NCBI GenBank assembly: GCA_965113315.1
Contig: OZ220370.1
DNA from: Podarcis vaucheri
Taxonomy: Eukaryota
Reading direction: 5' to 3' (one strand)
DNA: 64,000 nucleotides
In this document: in pieces, positions 48,338 to 61,153 of the stretch
Layout: the number at the start of each line of letters is the position of its first letter
Numbering within the stretch: position 1 is the stretch's first letter
Program-made: the position numbers and the translations under genes
Notes under the pieces: model-generated
Seen by the model: the letters and a program-made list of their open reading frames with translations, nothing else
Databases searched by the model: none
What the model was told of the DNA's origin: nothing

Positions 48338-49859
48338 GTCAACATGCACGTGTGCACGCACACACACAGCTTTTCTTGTCTTTCTTGGATAATATGATTG
48401 GATAGCCAATGTAGTGCTTTCCTGATTTCATTGGACTATAATGCCCATCAGCCGTGGTCAACATGGTCAACACTCAGTGCTGATAGGAGTTGTAGTCCAA
48501 TAACATGGACTTTTGTACTTTCTAAATGTTCTGATGCAGTTCTCAGCTCAATGTATACACAAATACACAGTGCAGTGCATTTAAAAGTGAGTAATATTTT
48601 GAGAAGAAAATATATATAGACATGCCCATTTAAATACATATAGACATACACATTTAAATGTGAATTTTCATATTTCTTTTTAAAAGTAGGTCAAAGCAGA
48701 AATGAGACAGAATGTCATTTTGTGAGTACACATGCCAAAATAACAGATTAATAGGCCTATCCCTAGATCCAGACTGATATAGTCAGTCATATAGTCAATA
48801 CTGAAATAATTGTACAGAAATCATAAACAATGATTTTAGCAAATGCAGCTTGGGGAGGGGGCTAGATGTTTACACTTCTCAAAGGACCAACTGCTGTTTG
48901 CCAAGGTGCACTGTGGAGAGGGTGTGTGGCTTTGATGGAACCAGTGTTCAGATGCCAAGCTTCAGCAATGATCTTTTTTTTTTTTTTACAATCAACTCCT
49001 AAATATAAAGGTTGATAATGAAGTTTTCACAGGATTCTTAACTCCAATGATGTCTTGATAATATTTATACTTATATTGTGATCTTTCTAAGTGTATATGA
49101 ATATTTCTTACTTGTCTTTTTCTGTTTCTGTTCTAATGGGGCCCTTGATATTTGCAAAAAGATGGGTTTTCTTCTGGCTACCAAATCTGATCAATCTGTT
49201 ACTGTTCTGTTAAAACAGCTCTTGAGCCTTCTCTCCCCCTCACATCCAAAATAACCCTCACTGCATTTGATGCAGTACAAGTTCTTTACAATGCAAAAAA
49301 ACCGTTCTTTTTTCATCTTCTTGAAATTAGCAACATTGTGTACTTACTGTTTTTAGGGGGGGGGGTAAACCCTTTAAAAAGCAAATTTAAGCCTTAAAGG
49401 CAGCTTGTGGCAGCTGCCCTTACAGGTTTTGACAATTTAGTCCACTCCAAATAAACAGAGGAAAAGAAGAAACGTGTTTATTTAAGAACACTTGCTACAC
49501 CAACAGCTTGTGTCAACCTGCTGATGAAAGTTCCCAAGGAAAGTGATTGCATAATTGTGATGGGGGTTGACAGGGACTTCCTAGCCTTCCATTAAAGTCT
49601 CAAAGCATGGTGGCTCTACTAGCAGAACATGCTTACACTCATGCAAGATGGTCTCAAACATGCCTGGGACCATTTATCATTTTGACAGATATTGTCAATA
49701 GCCTGTGCAGGCCACTTGAAGGCATATGGAGTGAAACTTGGGGTTTTTTTTAATGTGATATGATGGATTGGGCATATAATGTCCTCATTGTCTGAAATAT
49801 TTACCATGAAGGATTTCTTTTTCTTTTTCTTTGCAATGAAGCCTCATAGTTCAAGGCAG

Positions 49860-50536
49860 GTTGGCACTGTGAACTTACTTATACATATAGGCAGTGGCCA
49901 TTTTTGGAGCATCCGATATGTGCATGACCACGTGTTTGTAGGGTTTTTCAATGGGTGTTCCTAGGGCACTGTGTTTATTGGCTTTACTGTGGTTTGGTAA
50001 TGGTTGCTGTTTTCGGAGTCGGGAAGGAATTTGCCTGAAAACAGATTGGCCCTGTTTGCAGGTTTTGCTTTCCCCATAGCAATAGTCACAGCTCTGGCGA
50101 ATTGGGTGGAATACTTCTACTTTAACATCAGGCGGCAGGGGGTGGGGTGGGTGTGGGTGAAGTGGTTCATCCCCCCTCCTCTGAACAGTGTGCTAACAGG
50201 GTACGCCATTAGAGGGGTCTCACTGGAATTCTCTGCCCCAAAGCCAAGGTGTACGGCAGATGGGCCATAGAGCTTCCTTCAGAGGCTTGGATGGGTCATC
50301 TGTGTAGACCTGTGTCTTGCAGAGGAGCCATTAATCCTGGGGTTAACCCTGTCATGTGATAGTGCTCCACCAGCAGGGCTGTGAGAGGTATATACCCAAT
50401 GCTTAAGCCAAGTCCAACCAACATCTGGAATCAATAAAGTTGTGGCTAATTTTAATCCCAGAACATTGTCTTGTCCAGTTTGTTCTCCTTCACAGGCCTT
50501 GCTTCTGAGGGAGCGGACACTGAGAATGGGTCTGCA
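49860..50536 (+). mobile_element. Solo LTR with ENE-like hairpin
   Basis: AATCAATAAAGTTGTGGC (signal at 50433-50438) shared with 42398-42415, and homology to the 37.6-kb copy. Boundaries are approximate. Confidence 0.65.
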
Positions 50537-50855
50537 ATGGGCCCAAGTCCTCATCCACCATCAAATACTACCCCCTCCACCTCTCAACCCTGGAAGGCTC
50601 CAGTTACTGAAGGTACTGTATGCTTTCACTGGGTGGAGTGGAGTTATAAAACTACTTCAGTAACTCCCAATCACAGATTCTTATCATAAACAGTATTGAA
50701 CAACCCTGACAAATAACCAATGTCAATATTAGTAGTAACTAGAAATAGGCACAGACAGATATGATAGCAGATGCAAAACAAACACTAACCTCGCTCCAGT
50801 GGTGTCCCCAAAGATATTTCATTATTCATGCACTTAAAAATCTTCTGTTTCCACC

Positions 50856-50880
50856 AAACTAAACTAAACTAAACTAAACT
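50856..50880 (+). repeat. (AAACT)5 microsatellite
   Basis: Visible tandem repeat. Confidence 0.95.
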
Positions 50881-51599
50881 GAAATCTCATTTATTTAGTA
50901 AAGATGATGCATATTGAGCTACCTGTTTAGTTATAAATATCAATCTCTCAGTTATCAGTTGTATCATGATATAGAATGGTTTTTCAGAAAATGTTAGCAT
51001 ATAGAATGCTCTGACATTTGGCCATTAATTTCTGACATGCCATTATAAATTGGTTATAGTTTCTCTCAGTCGTTCTCTCTTTTATACATTTGTATTATCT
51101 CTGGATTGCTATTGTATGTTTTCCCATTAAAGCCAAATACAGTATGTGGGAGTGAAGGATTTGGCAGCGAGTGGTCCAGTCCAGCCGTGGTCACCTGAAG
51201 GCACTTGAGATGTTAGCTTCCTCCTCTAGAGACACACTAGAACTTGATTTCTTGGCTTGCTTTTGTGTTTTTGTGCGCACACGAAGTGTGTGTGCATGTG
51301 TGCACCTTAGCACGTTTAGGACACAAAAGCATTTCCAGATGAATGGATAATGTCCAAATGTTTGCTTTTTGACAGTTAGCATTGAAAACAAGGATTTTGT
51401 CACGGTCAGTCTCCTTTAATTATTTGCACCAAAAAGCTACAACAGCATTTGCTTTCCAACAAATCACAACTTTGTGATAACCAGTGGACCAGTGGAGCCT
51501 GAGCATACCAAGGTTCATCATTCTAGCACCTTTGTGAAATGCATAGGGTGAATCTTTGGATATTTCCCACCCTTTCAGGATTGCTGTGCAGCTGTTTTT

Positions 51600-51872
51600 A
51601 TCATATGTCTACCCTGCTATTTTGTTTTTGTTAAGAAAGAGAAAATCGAAATGGCTCACAAATTAAAAGAAAACATTTAAAACAATAACATGCAATAAAA
51701 CAATATTAAAATATACAAGCTAAACAGCATGGAGACTACAAAATGGAAGAACCCAATAGGGGGATGCAAAGCACCAACCCTCTCTCCGCAAAGCCTTTTC
51801 AAGCAAAAATGTCTTAATATAATGACATTAAGGCAGGTGTGAAGGGGCCACATAGACATCCCAGGGGAGGCG
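51600..51872 (-). mobile_element. Old L2-type 3' fragment
   Basis: The reverse strand has CTCCCCTGGGATGTCTATGTGGGCCCTTCAC...AAGACATTTTTGCTTGAAAAGGCTTT, then a T-rich UTR and TGTGAGCC. Confidence 0.6.
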
Positions 51873-53788
51873 CAGGTGAGATAACAATTGCAATGCAATC
51901 TCTGCTCAGAAAAAAATTCAATAGAAAGGAATAGAAATGGTAATAAGACCAAGTGTTTTAATACAGTACCTTTACTAATAGTTTCAAAATTCCAGATGGC
52001 CATTATAGCCAATTACCTGTTGATAGGCTAAGGAAGCAAATCTCATCATGAGCTCACTTCCTTCCGTGGGCATTGTTTTGTACAAAAATAAATCTGCATG
52101 TGCCCATACAAATGTTCTTGCAAAGTCTGGCCAATAAGTGTTAACAGGATAACTTTTGGAATGTCTCCTAACTTTAAAAAACAAAGTGTAATAATTTGTG
52201 AGTAGTGGCCAACAGAACAGAACAACAGAACTAGTTCTTACTGCACAAAGACAAACTATTGGAACCAGCATGGGCTGTGGAATCTGAATGGCTATATATC
52301 TGGTGTTGGTGGGAAGAAAAGAGAGTGCTTACTTTATGGTCGCCAGTGGCAGGCTTCTGAAAGTGACCCGGGCTTGGCTCATAATCTTTGGGAGTACTCG
52401 TGTGACCCTCCCCATGATATTTTGAGTCTGTATGGACTCCCCCAGATGATCTGATTATGGGGCATTCATTTTTATTTTGCTTGCACAAAACATATGTGGC
52501 TATTATACAATACTGGCTCTTTACTGAGAATTCGTTTGGGTTTGTTTGCAGGGAAGTTAGAGGACAATGACCATCCATCTTGATTTGCATGGGAGGAGAT
52601 TGTCAAAGAGGTGGTGAGTCAGACCAAGGGATCCAGGGCCTTCAGGGGAAATGGCAATCTAGCCTTCCCTGGACAATACAGGCAGTTGCTTCTTAGACCG
52701 TGAGGCAGATGCTACCAAGGCCGAAATGTTCCATATTGGTTGGGATGAACTCAGACTCGCCTCCTAATGTGGAGCGCTCATAAAAATATGAAACTCAGCA
52801 ATAATTCCCCAAAAGAGAATTGGTTTGTTGACATTTTCTAATGTTTTCAATGAACTTCTTGCTGTAGCATCTTATGCTGTTTTAATAGAGCTAATATAAA
52901 AAGAGGGGGGTGCACTACATTTAATATGTAATGCACACATACTGAAGAAATAGAAGCAGATGGCCAACAATTGCAATCAAAAAGAAATTAAGATGGTTGT
53001 CAAAACATTGTGCAAATGAGTGATCTTTTCTGGGCAAGCATACAAGAGGAAAATCTATTTAGACAAGCAATGCTTCTTAAAAATGGCTATAACATGAGGC
53101 CCTAAAAGCCAACCACTTTATAGCGTTCTTCTAATTTTGCACCTTTTTTCTGTCCTTTTCTCTTCTTACACTTGGCATAATCTGCACCATACACCACATG
53201 ATTTTTCTCACCCCATTTAAATCTCAGTTTAACACAAATAGCACCAAAATGAAGCCACTCCCTACAACCATAGCACATGCATGCCAAGGCCTACCTATTT
53301 TCATGTGGATAAACAGGATTCAGTACAGAGTTTTGCTTTAAATAAACACCTTCAGACATGGTATAATGTAAGAATCAGCAACCATAGAGCATCATGTCCC
53401 ATAAATGCCTTATTTATTGTGCAGGGATTTCTTGCAGATTTACAGGAGGTCACCTTTATTCTGATGGAAGCTGCATTTCCTCAGGGACATTCTGTTGGGG
53501 ACTGCATATTGGAAGTGAGCAGAACAGGAGCCCCAAGTGGGTGGGGCCTGAACCAAATATGGGTGGTGCCATTTCCTTTTATTTATTTCTGCCACTTCTT
53601 TGTTTTCCACTCTTTCTCTTTCTGCTAGCCACTTTTCCCTCCCTCCTCCTCCTTGCCAGACCTATGGCTCACTAAAACTGTGATAAGGGTTATGTGTTGT
53701 CCACCTGTCACCTACAGCTTCAATTAAATTGCCCTCTAAGTTCAGTGGATCTTATTCCACTCCTAAGCAAGTTTCCACAGGATTTCAT

Positions 53789-53886
53789 GAACATAGGAAG
53801 TAGTCTTGTACTAAGTCAGACCATTGGCACATCTCACTTAGTACTGTCTACATTGACTGGTAGTGACTTTCCAGGTTTCAGACAAG
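53789..53886 (-). mobile_element. Squam2-like SINE 3' half
   Basis: The reverse complement reads CTGAAACCTGGAAAGTCACTACCAGTCAATGTAGACAGTACT...CCAATGGTCTGAC...CTTCCTATGTTC. Confidence 0.75.
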
Positions 53887-54683
53887 AGCCTACTGGGAGA
53901 GGCTGTATAATTGATAGACGAGAAATGATTGAGAGGAGCACAGTTGCTCTTGGAAACCTAGCTCCAGGTTCTCAAAGGTCCATTACCAAACTGGATATGG
54001 AACATAAACCAGTTTCCGTAGTAGTAGTTAGCAATGTTTCAGCCAACAAGTCAAGGAGAGAAGAGATCAAATAAGAACCACATCTAGCATAAGGCTTACA
54101 TATTGGTCCTAGGAACCAGGCAAACAAAATCAAGTGGCATTTGTTCTTCAAAAACACAAAATGCCAACAGACAAAAGCAATCCCCCAAGTCTAGGAATTA
54201 AGGAACAGCTTGTCCTCTATGCAACGCCTGTATTTTGCTTCCAGACATTTGTGAACATCTTTGAGGAAGTGCCAAATATTCCGGAAGTGGAGGAGTTATA
54301 GTCATCTCTGAAATATTGTGGGGAAAATAGGGGGGGGGGAGAGACTCTGGCTCAGATGAACAGGGAAAAACAGTTTTGTGGCAGGTCACTCTGGCTCTCG
54401 TTGACCTTGGCCCAGTTGCAAGAGTCATATTTCAGATACATTAGCTGCCCTTGAACAATTTCTCTAGTGTCTTATAGGTACAAACATCTTTTCTTCTGCA
54501 TGAAATGTGCTGGTCTGATTCTTCTTTCCTTCTCTACCTCTCCACCCTCTGCCAAGATAATCCAGAGAATAATTCATGCTCCACTCACTGGATTTTCATT
54601 TCTGAGGATTCAGGAGACTTTCGAAAGGATTTTACTCTCACTTGTAGGAAAGTAAATGAAACATAAGACATTAATACACAATA

Positions 54684-54848
54684 ATAGCTCAGTGGTCAAG
54701 CATCTGCTTTGCATGTAGAACGTCCCTGGTCCACTACCATGTTCAGGTAGGGCTGGGAATGTTCCCTGGCTGAAACCCTGTAGACAATACTGAGATAGAT
54801 GGACCAGTGGTCTGTCTAACTATAAGGCAATGTCAGATGTTCCTATGT
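54684..54848 (+). mobile_element. Squam2-like SINE
   Basis: ATAGCTCAGTGGTCAAGCATCTGCTTTGCATG head and ...GTAGACAATACTGAGATAGATGGACCA...ATGTTCCTATG tail. Confidence 0.8.
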
Positions 54849-56423
54849 TACTACGACATCACAAAATGTGTTGGAAATTCCCATATGTACACAATACTTC
54901 AGGGAGAAGAGAGAATTAATGTAATTTTACCCCCCTTCTCTGACAGGAGTGTTCTGTGAATAGAATTCCACTTACAGGAAATGTGGATTCAACACAAACA
55001 CACAAACACACTTTGAAAATTTATGTCCCACCAAAGCTTCTGTGCCTCCCTTACCAGGCTTTGAGATGGTGCCCCTTCAGCTCAGCACCCAGGGTGTGAC
55101 TTTTGAGCCAAAGAGTGGTATATACATAAATAAAAGCAATAACAGTAACATCAATGTAATGAACAAATTTCAAGAAAAATATAGTTAGTGATGGAAAAAA
55201 GAAAAGGAACAAGAAATCTGCATGGCCAAGTCAATTTTATTTGCAGAATTCTAATTTGGGTCCAGTAGGTAGCTAATTTTAACCTGCCGGAGGTTAGTTA
55301 TTTTGATTTCTCCCCCCTCCTAAAATACCAAAAAGGATTAAGCTGTAACATGGATTAAGCACTTGTCAAGAATAATTTTGTTAAGTGAAACAGTATGTAT
55401 GAGGACTAGATGGCTCAGTGCTCTGGTGATGGGATAGCTTTCTAGGTCAGCGGTTCACAAATGTCCTAGTTCAGCTGCAAATCAAGTTAATCAGTACATT
55501 TTAAAAAGTTCCCTACCCAGTGGTGTAAGTTGAATGAATTAGTGACCACAGTAATGTTGCTAGCAGAATCCCCACATAAATGTATATCTTCCAAATGACC
55601 AGTTTCTTTTTTCTAGATAGATAGTAGAGATCAGACAGAACTTTTGTGCTTTTTAGTAAGTCTTTATGTGTCCCTATCTGGCATTCATTAAAAGTGCATT
55701 ATGGGAAAATCTCCTCTGCTGCTAGATATGCCATGTGGTTCTGTGGCTGGGATCCTAAGAACTGTGCATGTGCACTGCTATAAGTTTGCCTCCTCATTTT
55801 CCTGCAGCTGCTTCGACTGCAGAAGAGGCAAGGGGTTTTTCAAACGGAAAAGTGGCTTGTCGCTTTGGCAATGGTAACAGCTGCAGAAAAACCAGAAAGC
55901 AGATTTTTAGTTGTGCCTGTGGTTCTCTTTCAGGCACCCCCCCCCCTTCCGATGGATAATGTACATTTGGTATTGATATCATTCTAATTCCGAGATGAGA
56001 AATCTTTCTCAATGCAATTTAACATCAAGAGGAAAAGTGAAGCTGGATTTAAGGAAGCAAATTCAGATTCAAAGAAAAGCTGAACCTCTAGCCTTAACGA
56101 AAGCCTGCTGGGCAGTATCATGTTTCTTATGCTGAATCTCAACCAAAGATTATACACTGTTGGATAAAATGTGAGTTTTGTTTTGCTGTTGCTGGTTTTT
56201 TTAATTTTAAAAAAACAACAACATTTGCGCCATTCTGGGTACATGGAAATCCTCTGGCCAAAACAGCTTTCCACCCATATCAGTGGAGGTAGCCAATATA
56301 TATGTTCGTTCTTCTGTGAAGGCAGATGGACTTCTTCTGTTGACATGAACCAGGTTTTCTCCACACATAAAATATTAGTGCACTATGTGCATGTAAGTTT
56401 ACTTATAAGTTTATATGCATATA

Positions 56424-56783
56424 CCGTATTGGCCCGAATATAAACCGCACCTTTAAAATTGGAGGGGAGGGGGAGGAAAAGAGAGAAAAACCTGAAAATA
56501 AGCTGCTCCATTCCTTGCTGCTCCTGGCCGCATACTGGCGGGGCGGGGGGGAGCCGTGCTGCGTTGCCAGCGGCCTTTCCTATTCCTTGCTCTCTCACTT
56601 CCTGGCCTTGGGGGATAGGATGGGGGACTATGTGTGGGGCGGGCACCACTTTGCTGCGCTTCTGGCGCTGTTTGCCCTGTGCTCCTGGCTGCATACCGTA
56701 AGGTCACAAATATAAGCTGCACTTCTAACTTTTCACAGTCAGAATTTGGGGGGAAAGCAAGGCTTCTATTCAGACCAATACGG
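56424..56783. mobile_element. Tc2/pogo-like non-autonomous DNA transposon
   Basis: 17-bp TIR CCGTATTGG(C/T)C(C/T)GAATA, TA on both flanks, ATA(T)AA.C.GC subrepeats, and a GC-rich core. Confidence 0.88.
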
Positions 56784-57230
56784 TAAATGCGTATAAGTTT
56801 ACATGGCTTTTGGGATTGGGAACTCTGATTCCTATATCCAAAAAGAAAGGGGGGGGGGGAGAGAAACCACATCAGTTTCCTGCAACTGAGAAAAAGAAAC
56901 AGAAATACAATTTAGCCATTTGGCTGTACAAATCTAACTAGTTGGAAATTGCAAGGCTTAGCACAGCTTCTCCTTTAGAGCCATCTTCTGCTAGTAAAAC
57001 ATGGGCATTAGAAGCCAGGGTCTGTTTTCTTGAAGAATTATTCATATCTCATTACATTTAATAGACAACATGCTTGCAAAATCCTAGTCTTACTAGGAAA
57101 GGTGTACATCAGATGTTCCTTCTCCATTCACATCGCTGCTGCATTACAGTGAGGCATAAAAAGGCAGACACTGTTTCAATATCAGGAATTGGGAAAGTGG
57201 TCCATGGATTTTAATGAACAGGGCTACACA

Positions 57231-57234
<4 letters not shown>

Positions 57235-57278
<44 letters not shown>
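57235..57278 (+). repeat. (AG)22 microsatellite
   Basis: Visible tandem repeat. Confidence 0.98.
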
Positions 57279-57280
<2 letters not shown>

Positions 57281-58806
57281 TCCTTGGATCTGGCTGAACT
57301 TCTCCTGGCACTGCAATTATTTAAAGCAGGCAATTGCTCTCAAAGGCCAGGTGTTGGCAACTCTATACAGGCGGGAATATTGTACTGGAATCAATGCATT
57401 CCTTGAAAGTGGAACTAGCGATGAGATGCAACCTCAGCTGAACTTGAACTAAGCAGGGAGAAGCCAGATTAATTCGGGTATTGTCATTTTATATACGAAG
57501 CTCACACACCTCAAAGCCGTCGCAAGACAATACTAACAGTAAACAAACCATAATGAATTCATTGCCGAGTGGCTAAACCCAGCTTTTAATAGCATTGTTA
57601 AAGCTCCAGTCTCAGACACTGTGAAGAGCTTTGTTGCTTCGTTCCCATGTTTCTAGGGGGATTTCCAGCTTTGCTTTACCAAGAGTGATCCTGACAGCTT
57701 ACTGTAATTGCTTTGAATGTATGGCACAGTGAAGCTACTTGCTACAAAACCTGATGCTTCTTGCAGAAACAGGTTATTTGCGTGAGTGCAGCAAGTGTCT
57801 CCTTTCCTCCCTGAAAGAAGATTGAAGAGTGCCACAGGGGGGCACTCTTATGAACAGATGCAGGACATCTTTCAGGTGTGCTCCTTACCTGCGAACCAAT
57901 CACATAGCACTTCAATGCATTTAGGTAGCAAAAGGGATGTACTGCCTGTACTATATGCCTTAATTCGGTGACTGGATTTTGGATAGGCTTTTTTTTTTAA
58001 AGGAATATTAAAAAGATTAGGGTTTGACTCTCTGGTAGAGCTGCAGAAAATGCGTCATTGGAAAGGCAAAGCTCTTTCGGCTGTTCATCCCAAAGGGCAA
58101 TGTCTGAGCTGTCCCCTGGGTCTGAGGCTGCCCCAGAGGTTTGATAGAACTCATCAAGGCTGAACAGTCAGTGCTTTGCAAAAGTTTATCTGTCATGTGA
58201 TTCCAAATAATCCTTGAGTCTTGAGGGCTAATTGCAGGAAATGGTTTTTTGGCAGAGTTTTGGAATTCTTCCCTCACCCCCCAAACTACTAATCTAAGCT
58301 TTAGCTGGAAGTTTTTCCTTCCACCCCCTTAACACACTTTGCATTATTAAATGTGGTAGGTAATATATCAAGGAGGAAAGAAATAGAGTAGAAACCAGGA
58401 TCTGCAGCCAGGTTCTAATTAGATGGATTTTATGTGTTTGCATTGTGCAGATTTGAAAAGAGCATTTGTCTAACAGGAACTTATGGACCCACTTAAACTG
58501 CAATGGTGAAAAATAGAGGTGTGTGCCAATGCTGTTGAAATGTAGTTCTGTTTCTGAAGAGTGGGCAGAGCTAGGTTGGTTGACTTGCTTGAGCCACTCT
58601 GATAGAAAGTTTAATCCCTTCCCTTATGATTAGGAACAATCATGTTCATAGTCTACTGGCTGCCCTGCCCTGATGTCATAGTGGGGCTAGGTAGGGAGAA
58701 ATCATTGGCTCATCAGCTCTGATCTCACAGCAGGGCTAGGCAGCTAAGTGCTGAGGCATCATTTCATTGCTTAAGCACATGAACTACTTAAAAACAACAT
58801 GTATTT

Positions 58807-58972
58807 GGGGAGGGGGCATAGCCTGGTGACATGCTTTGCGTGTAGAGGGACCCAGGTTCAATCCTTGACATCATCACATAAAAGAGTTAGCAGGTACTTT
58901 GTGAGTCAGAGTAGACAACACTGGGCTAAATGGACAAGTAGTCTGCCATGGCTCAAAGCAGTTTCCTATGTA
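58807..58972 (+). mobile_element. Diverged Squam2-like SINE
   Basis: GGGGCATAGC...TGCTTTGCGTGTAGAGGGACCCAGGTTCAATCC head and GTAGACAACACTGGGCTAAATGGAC tail. Confidence 0.65.
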
Positions 58973-59890
58973 TTGTCCTCAGGCTGTGGGCCTCTTGAAC
59001 TATTGGTTCAAATTGTTCAAGCAGGTCTGGCACTCTATAATGAACAGCTATTGGCCATATATACAAGCAGCAAGCGATGTCTGTCTGTGATTGCCAGTGT
59101 AGGTTTCTCAGGGATCCATTTTGTATGATCCACACACAAAATCAGAGTTGTGAAGATGAGTAACATTTGAAAATAACCAATCCTTTATTCAACACCATGT
59201 TATAATGCGCTTGCAGATATTTGATGCTGAAATTAAAATAGTAGTGACCAGCTAAGTTTCCACTGTTTTTAATGTAATACATTTATATACCTGTTTTCTA
59301 TTTTCAGAGCACTCTGATTGGCTTATGTTAGTAAAAATGGCAATGCAACAATGGTCACAGTAAATGTATTTATGTACCATATTTTGTACAAATATATCTG
59401 TGCTCAAAGTGGTTCACAAAAAATTAAAACTGTCTAAATGCAGTACTGCAGTTACAATATGTAATAGAAAGTATAATATCATTGCTATTAACCCTGCAAC
59501 AATTAACAGTTCATTTAACATACATCCATATTTAAGTGAGCATAAAGATTGCCAATAAATCAAGTAATATATAGATATATTCACATTCAAAGGTACCCCC
59601 AAAGCTAATGTCATTAGTTCCCAGCACACATACAGACACTGTTATCATTTATCTTCAACCCCAAAGGCAAGAATGCTCCTTCTGAGCTCATCTGGAACTA
59701 GCTCCCTTACAAAGGCTTCAGAGTGGAGCAAGGCAGGTGGAAACAGGTGGACTCAGAAATGTTGTAACTTCATTTTAAAAGAGAGCATTGATGGAGCCAA
59801 CTGGATTTAAACCAGGAGGCTGCTCCAGAGTGGTAGCGCCACCACTGAGGAGTCCCTGTTGTTCAGGTAAAATGAGCACTGTCTCCAAGT

Positions 59891-60115
59891 AGAATAATAG
59901 AATTCTAGAGTTGGAAGGAATGCTGAGGGTCATTTTGTCCAATCCTCTGCAATGCATGACAGGAGACCATCTAACCTCTGGTTCAAAGCCTTCCTAATGT
60001 TCAGTTGACATCTCCTTTCTTGTTACTTGAATCCATTGGTTCAGGCCCTACATTCTGGAGCAGGAGAAAACAAGCTTGCTCCATCTTCCACGTGACAGCC
60101 CTTTAGATATTTGAA
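59891..60115 (-). mobile_element. CR1 LINE 3' fragment with internal deletions
   Basis: The reverse strand reads TTCAAATATCTAAAGGGCTGTCACGTGGAAGATGGAGCAAGCTTGTTTTCT (FKYLKGCHVEDGASLFS, CR1 ORF2 end) ... CCTTCCAACTCTAGAATTCTAT. Confidence 0.85.
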
Positions 60116-60200
60116 TGTATTTTAATATTCTGTTGGAAGCTGCCCAGAGTGGCTGGGGAAACCCTATCAGATGGGTGGGGTATAAATATGATGATGATGA
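60116..60200 (+). mobile_element. L2-type 3' tail
   Basis: TGGAAGCTGCCCAGAGTGGCTGGGGAAACCC...GATGGGTGGGGTATAAATA plus (GAT)n. Confidence 0.7.
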
Positions 60201-60213
60201 TGGCTATAAGTCC

Positions 60214-60298
60214 AGGCAGATCCTTCTCCTACATTGCATTTCAGGGGGTTGGACTAGATTAGACTTGAGATCCCTTCCTCCCTTCCAGCTCTATGGCT
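60214..60298 (+). mobile_element. CR1 extreme 3' end
   Basis: CCTACATTGCA...GGGGGTTGGACTAGAT...TCCCTTCC...CTCTATG. Confidence 0.7.
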
Positions 60299-61002
60299 GC
60301 TAAAGTCTGGTTGTTGGGTGTTTGGAAAGTGCTGCACTAGGGACTCTGACAGGTGTCAATCACATGTTGTCATCAGAAGATTGGCAGATATATTATGTCT
60401 CAACTACCTGTCAAAATTGGCCCATTGGGGTGGAAGATATAAAGATCTCCACTCTTGCACTACAAAGATGTTATGATCAAGTTAAAACTCATTGCTGATT
60501 TTAGGAGATAAAAGTTGCAATGGATCCCCCCTCCCCCGCAATATTACACAGAGCTTTGATAAAAAGGATTATCTCTGCCTGGTTCATCTAGGGAGGCATG
60601 AAGATCCTATGGGTGTGTTTGAGAAATGGAATAGTTTGGGATAATGCAGTTGCTTTCAGATCCTTGATCAGTGGCCGCTCTTGCTTAAGATGGATAGAGT
60701 TCATTGCTGGGTATCAGAAACTGGGCTTCTTGTCCATACATTTGTAAGAAATTAGGAATCGTACAGGATTTCTGAAGTGGGGAATATGAAAAAATGAAAA
60801 GTGTAGAACGCTCTACTATAAAGAGCTTGGGATCACATCTTTAGCTGACATATATGAAGATAGAGCTTTGCAGCACATTACTTGCACTTGCAGAAAAGAG
60901 TGATCTCAGAGTATGCCAGTGTGCCGTCAAGACTTCAAATGACCAGGCAACATCATGTGATCTTTGCATGGTTTTGAAAAACATGGTTTACTTTACTGTG
61001 GT

Positions 61003-61153
61003 GGGTAAGGCCTGCAGCTCAGGGGCAGAGTATTTGCTTTCTATGCAGAAGGTCCTAGCTTCAATCCCTGGCATCTCCTCAGAGAGCTGCTGCCAGTCAG
61101 TGAATGCAATACTGAACTGGATGGACATATCAGGTAGTTTTCCCTTGTTCCTA
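61003..61153 (+). mobile_element. Squam2-like SINE (internally deleted)
   Basis: GCAGCTCAGGGGCAGAGTATTTGCTTTCTATGCAGAAGGTCCTAGCTTCAATCCCTGGCATCTCC...GAGAGCTGCTGCCAGTCAGTG. Confidence 0.8.

Noticed and set aside
49520-49560. CTGATGA...GAAA hammerhead-like core
   Set aside because: Stems I-III do not form.
54684-54740. tRNA-Cys-like sequences (also near 1920-1970 and 61010-61075)
   Set aside because: These are SINE heads with broken cloverleaves that continue into SINE bodies, not tRNA genes.
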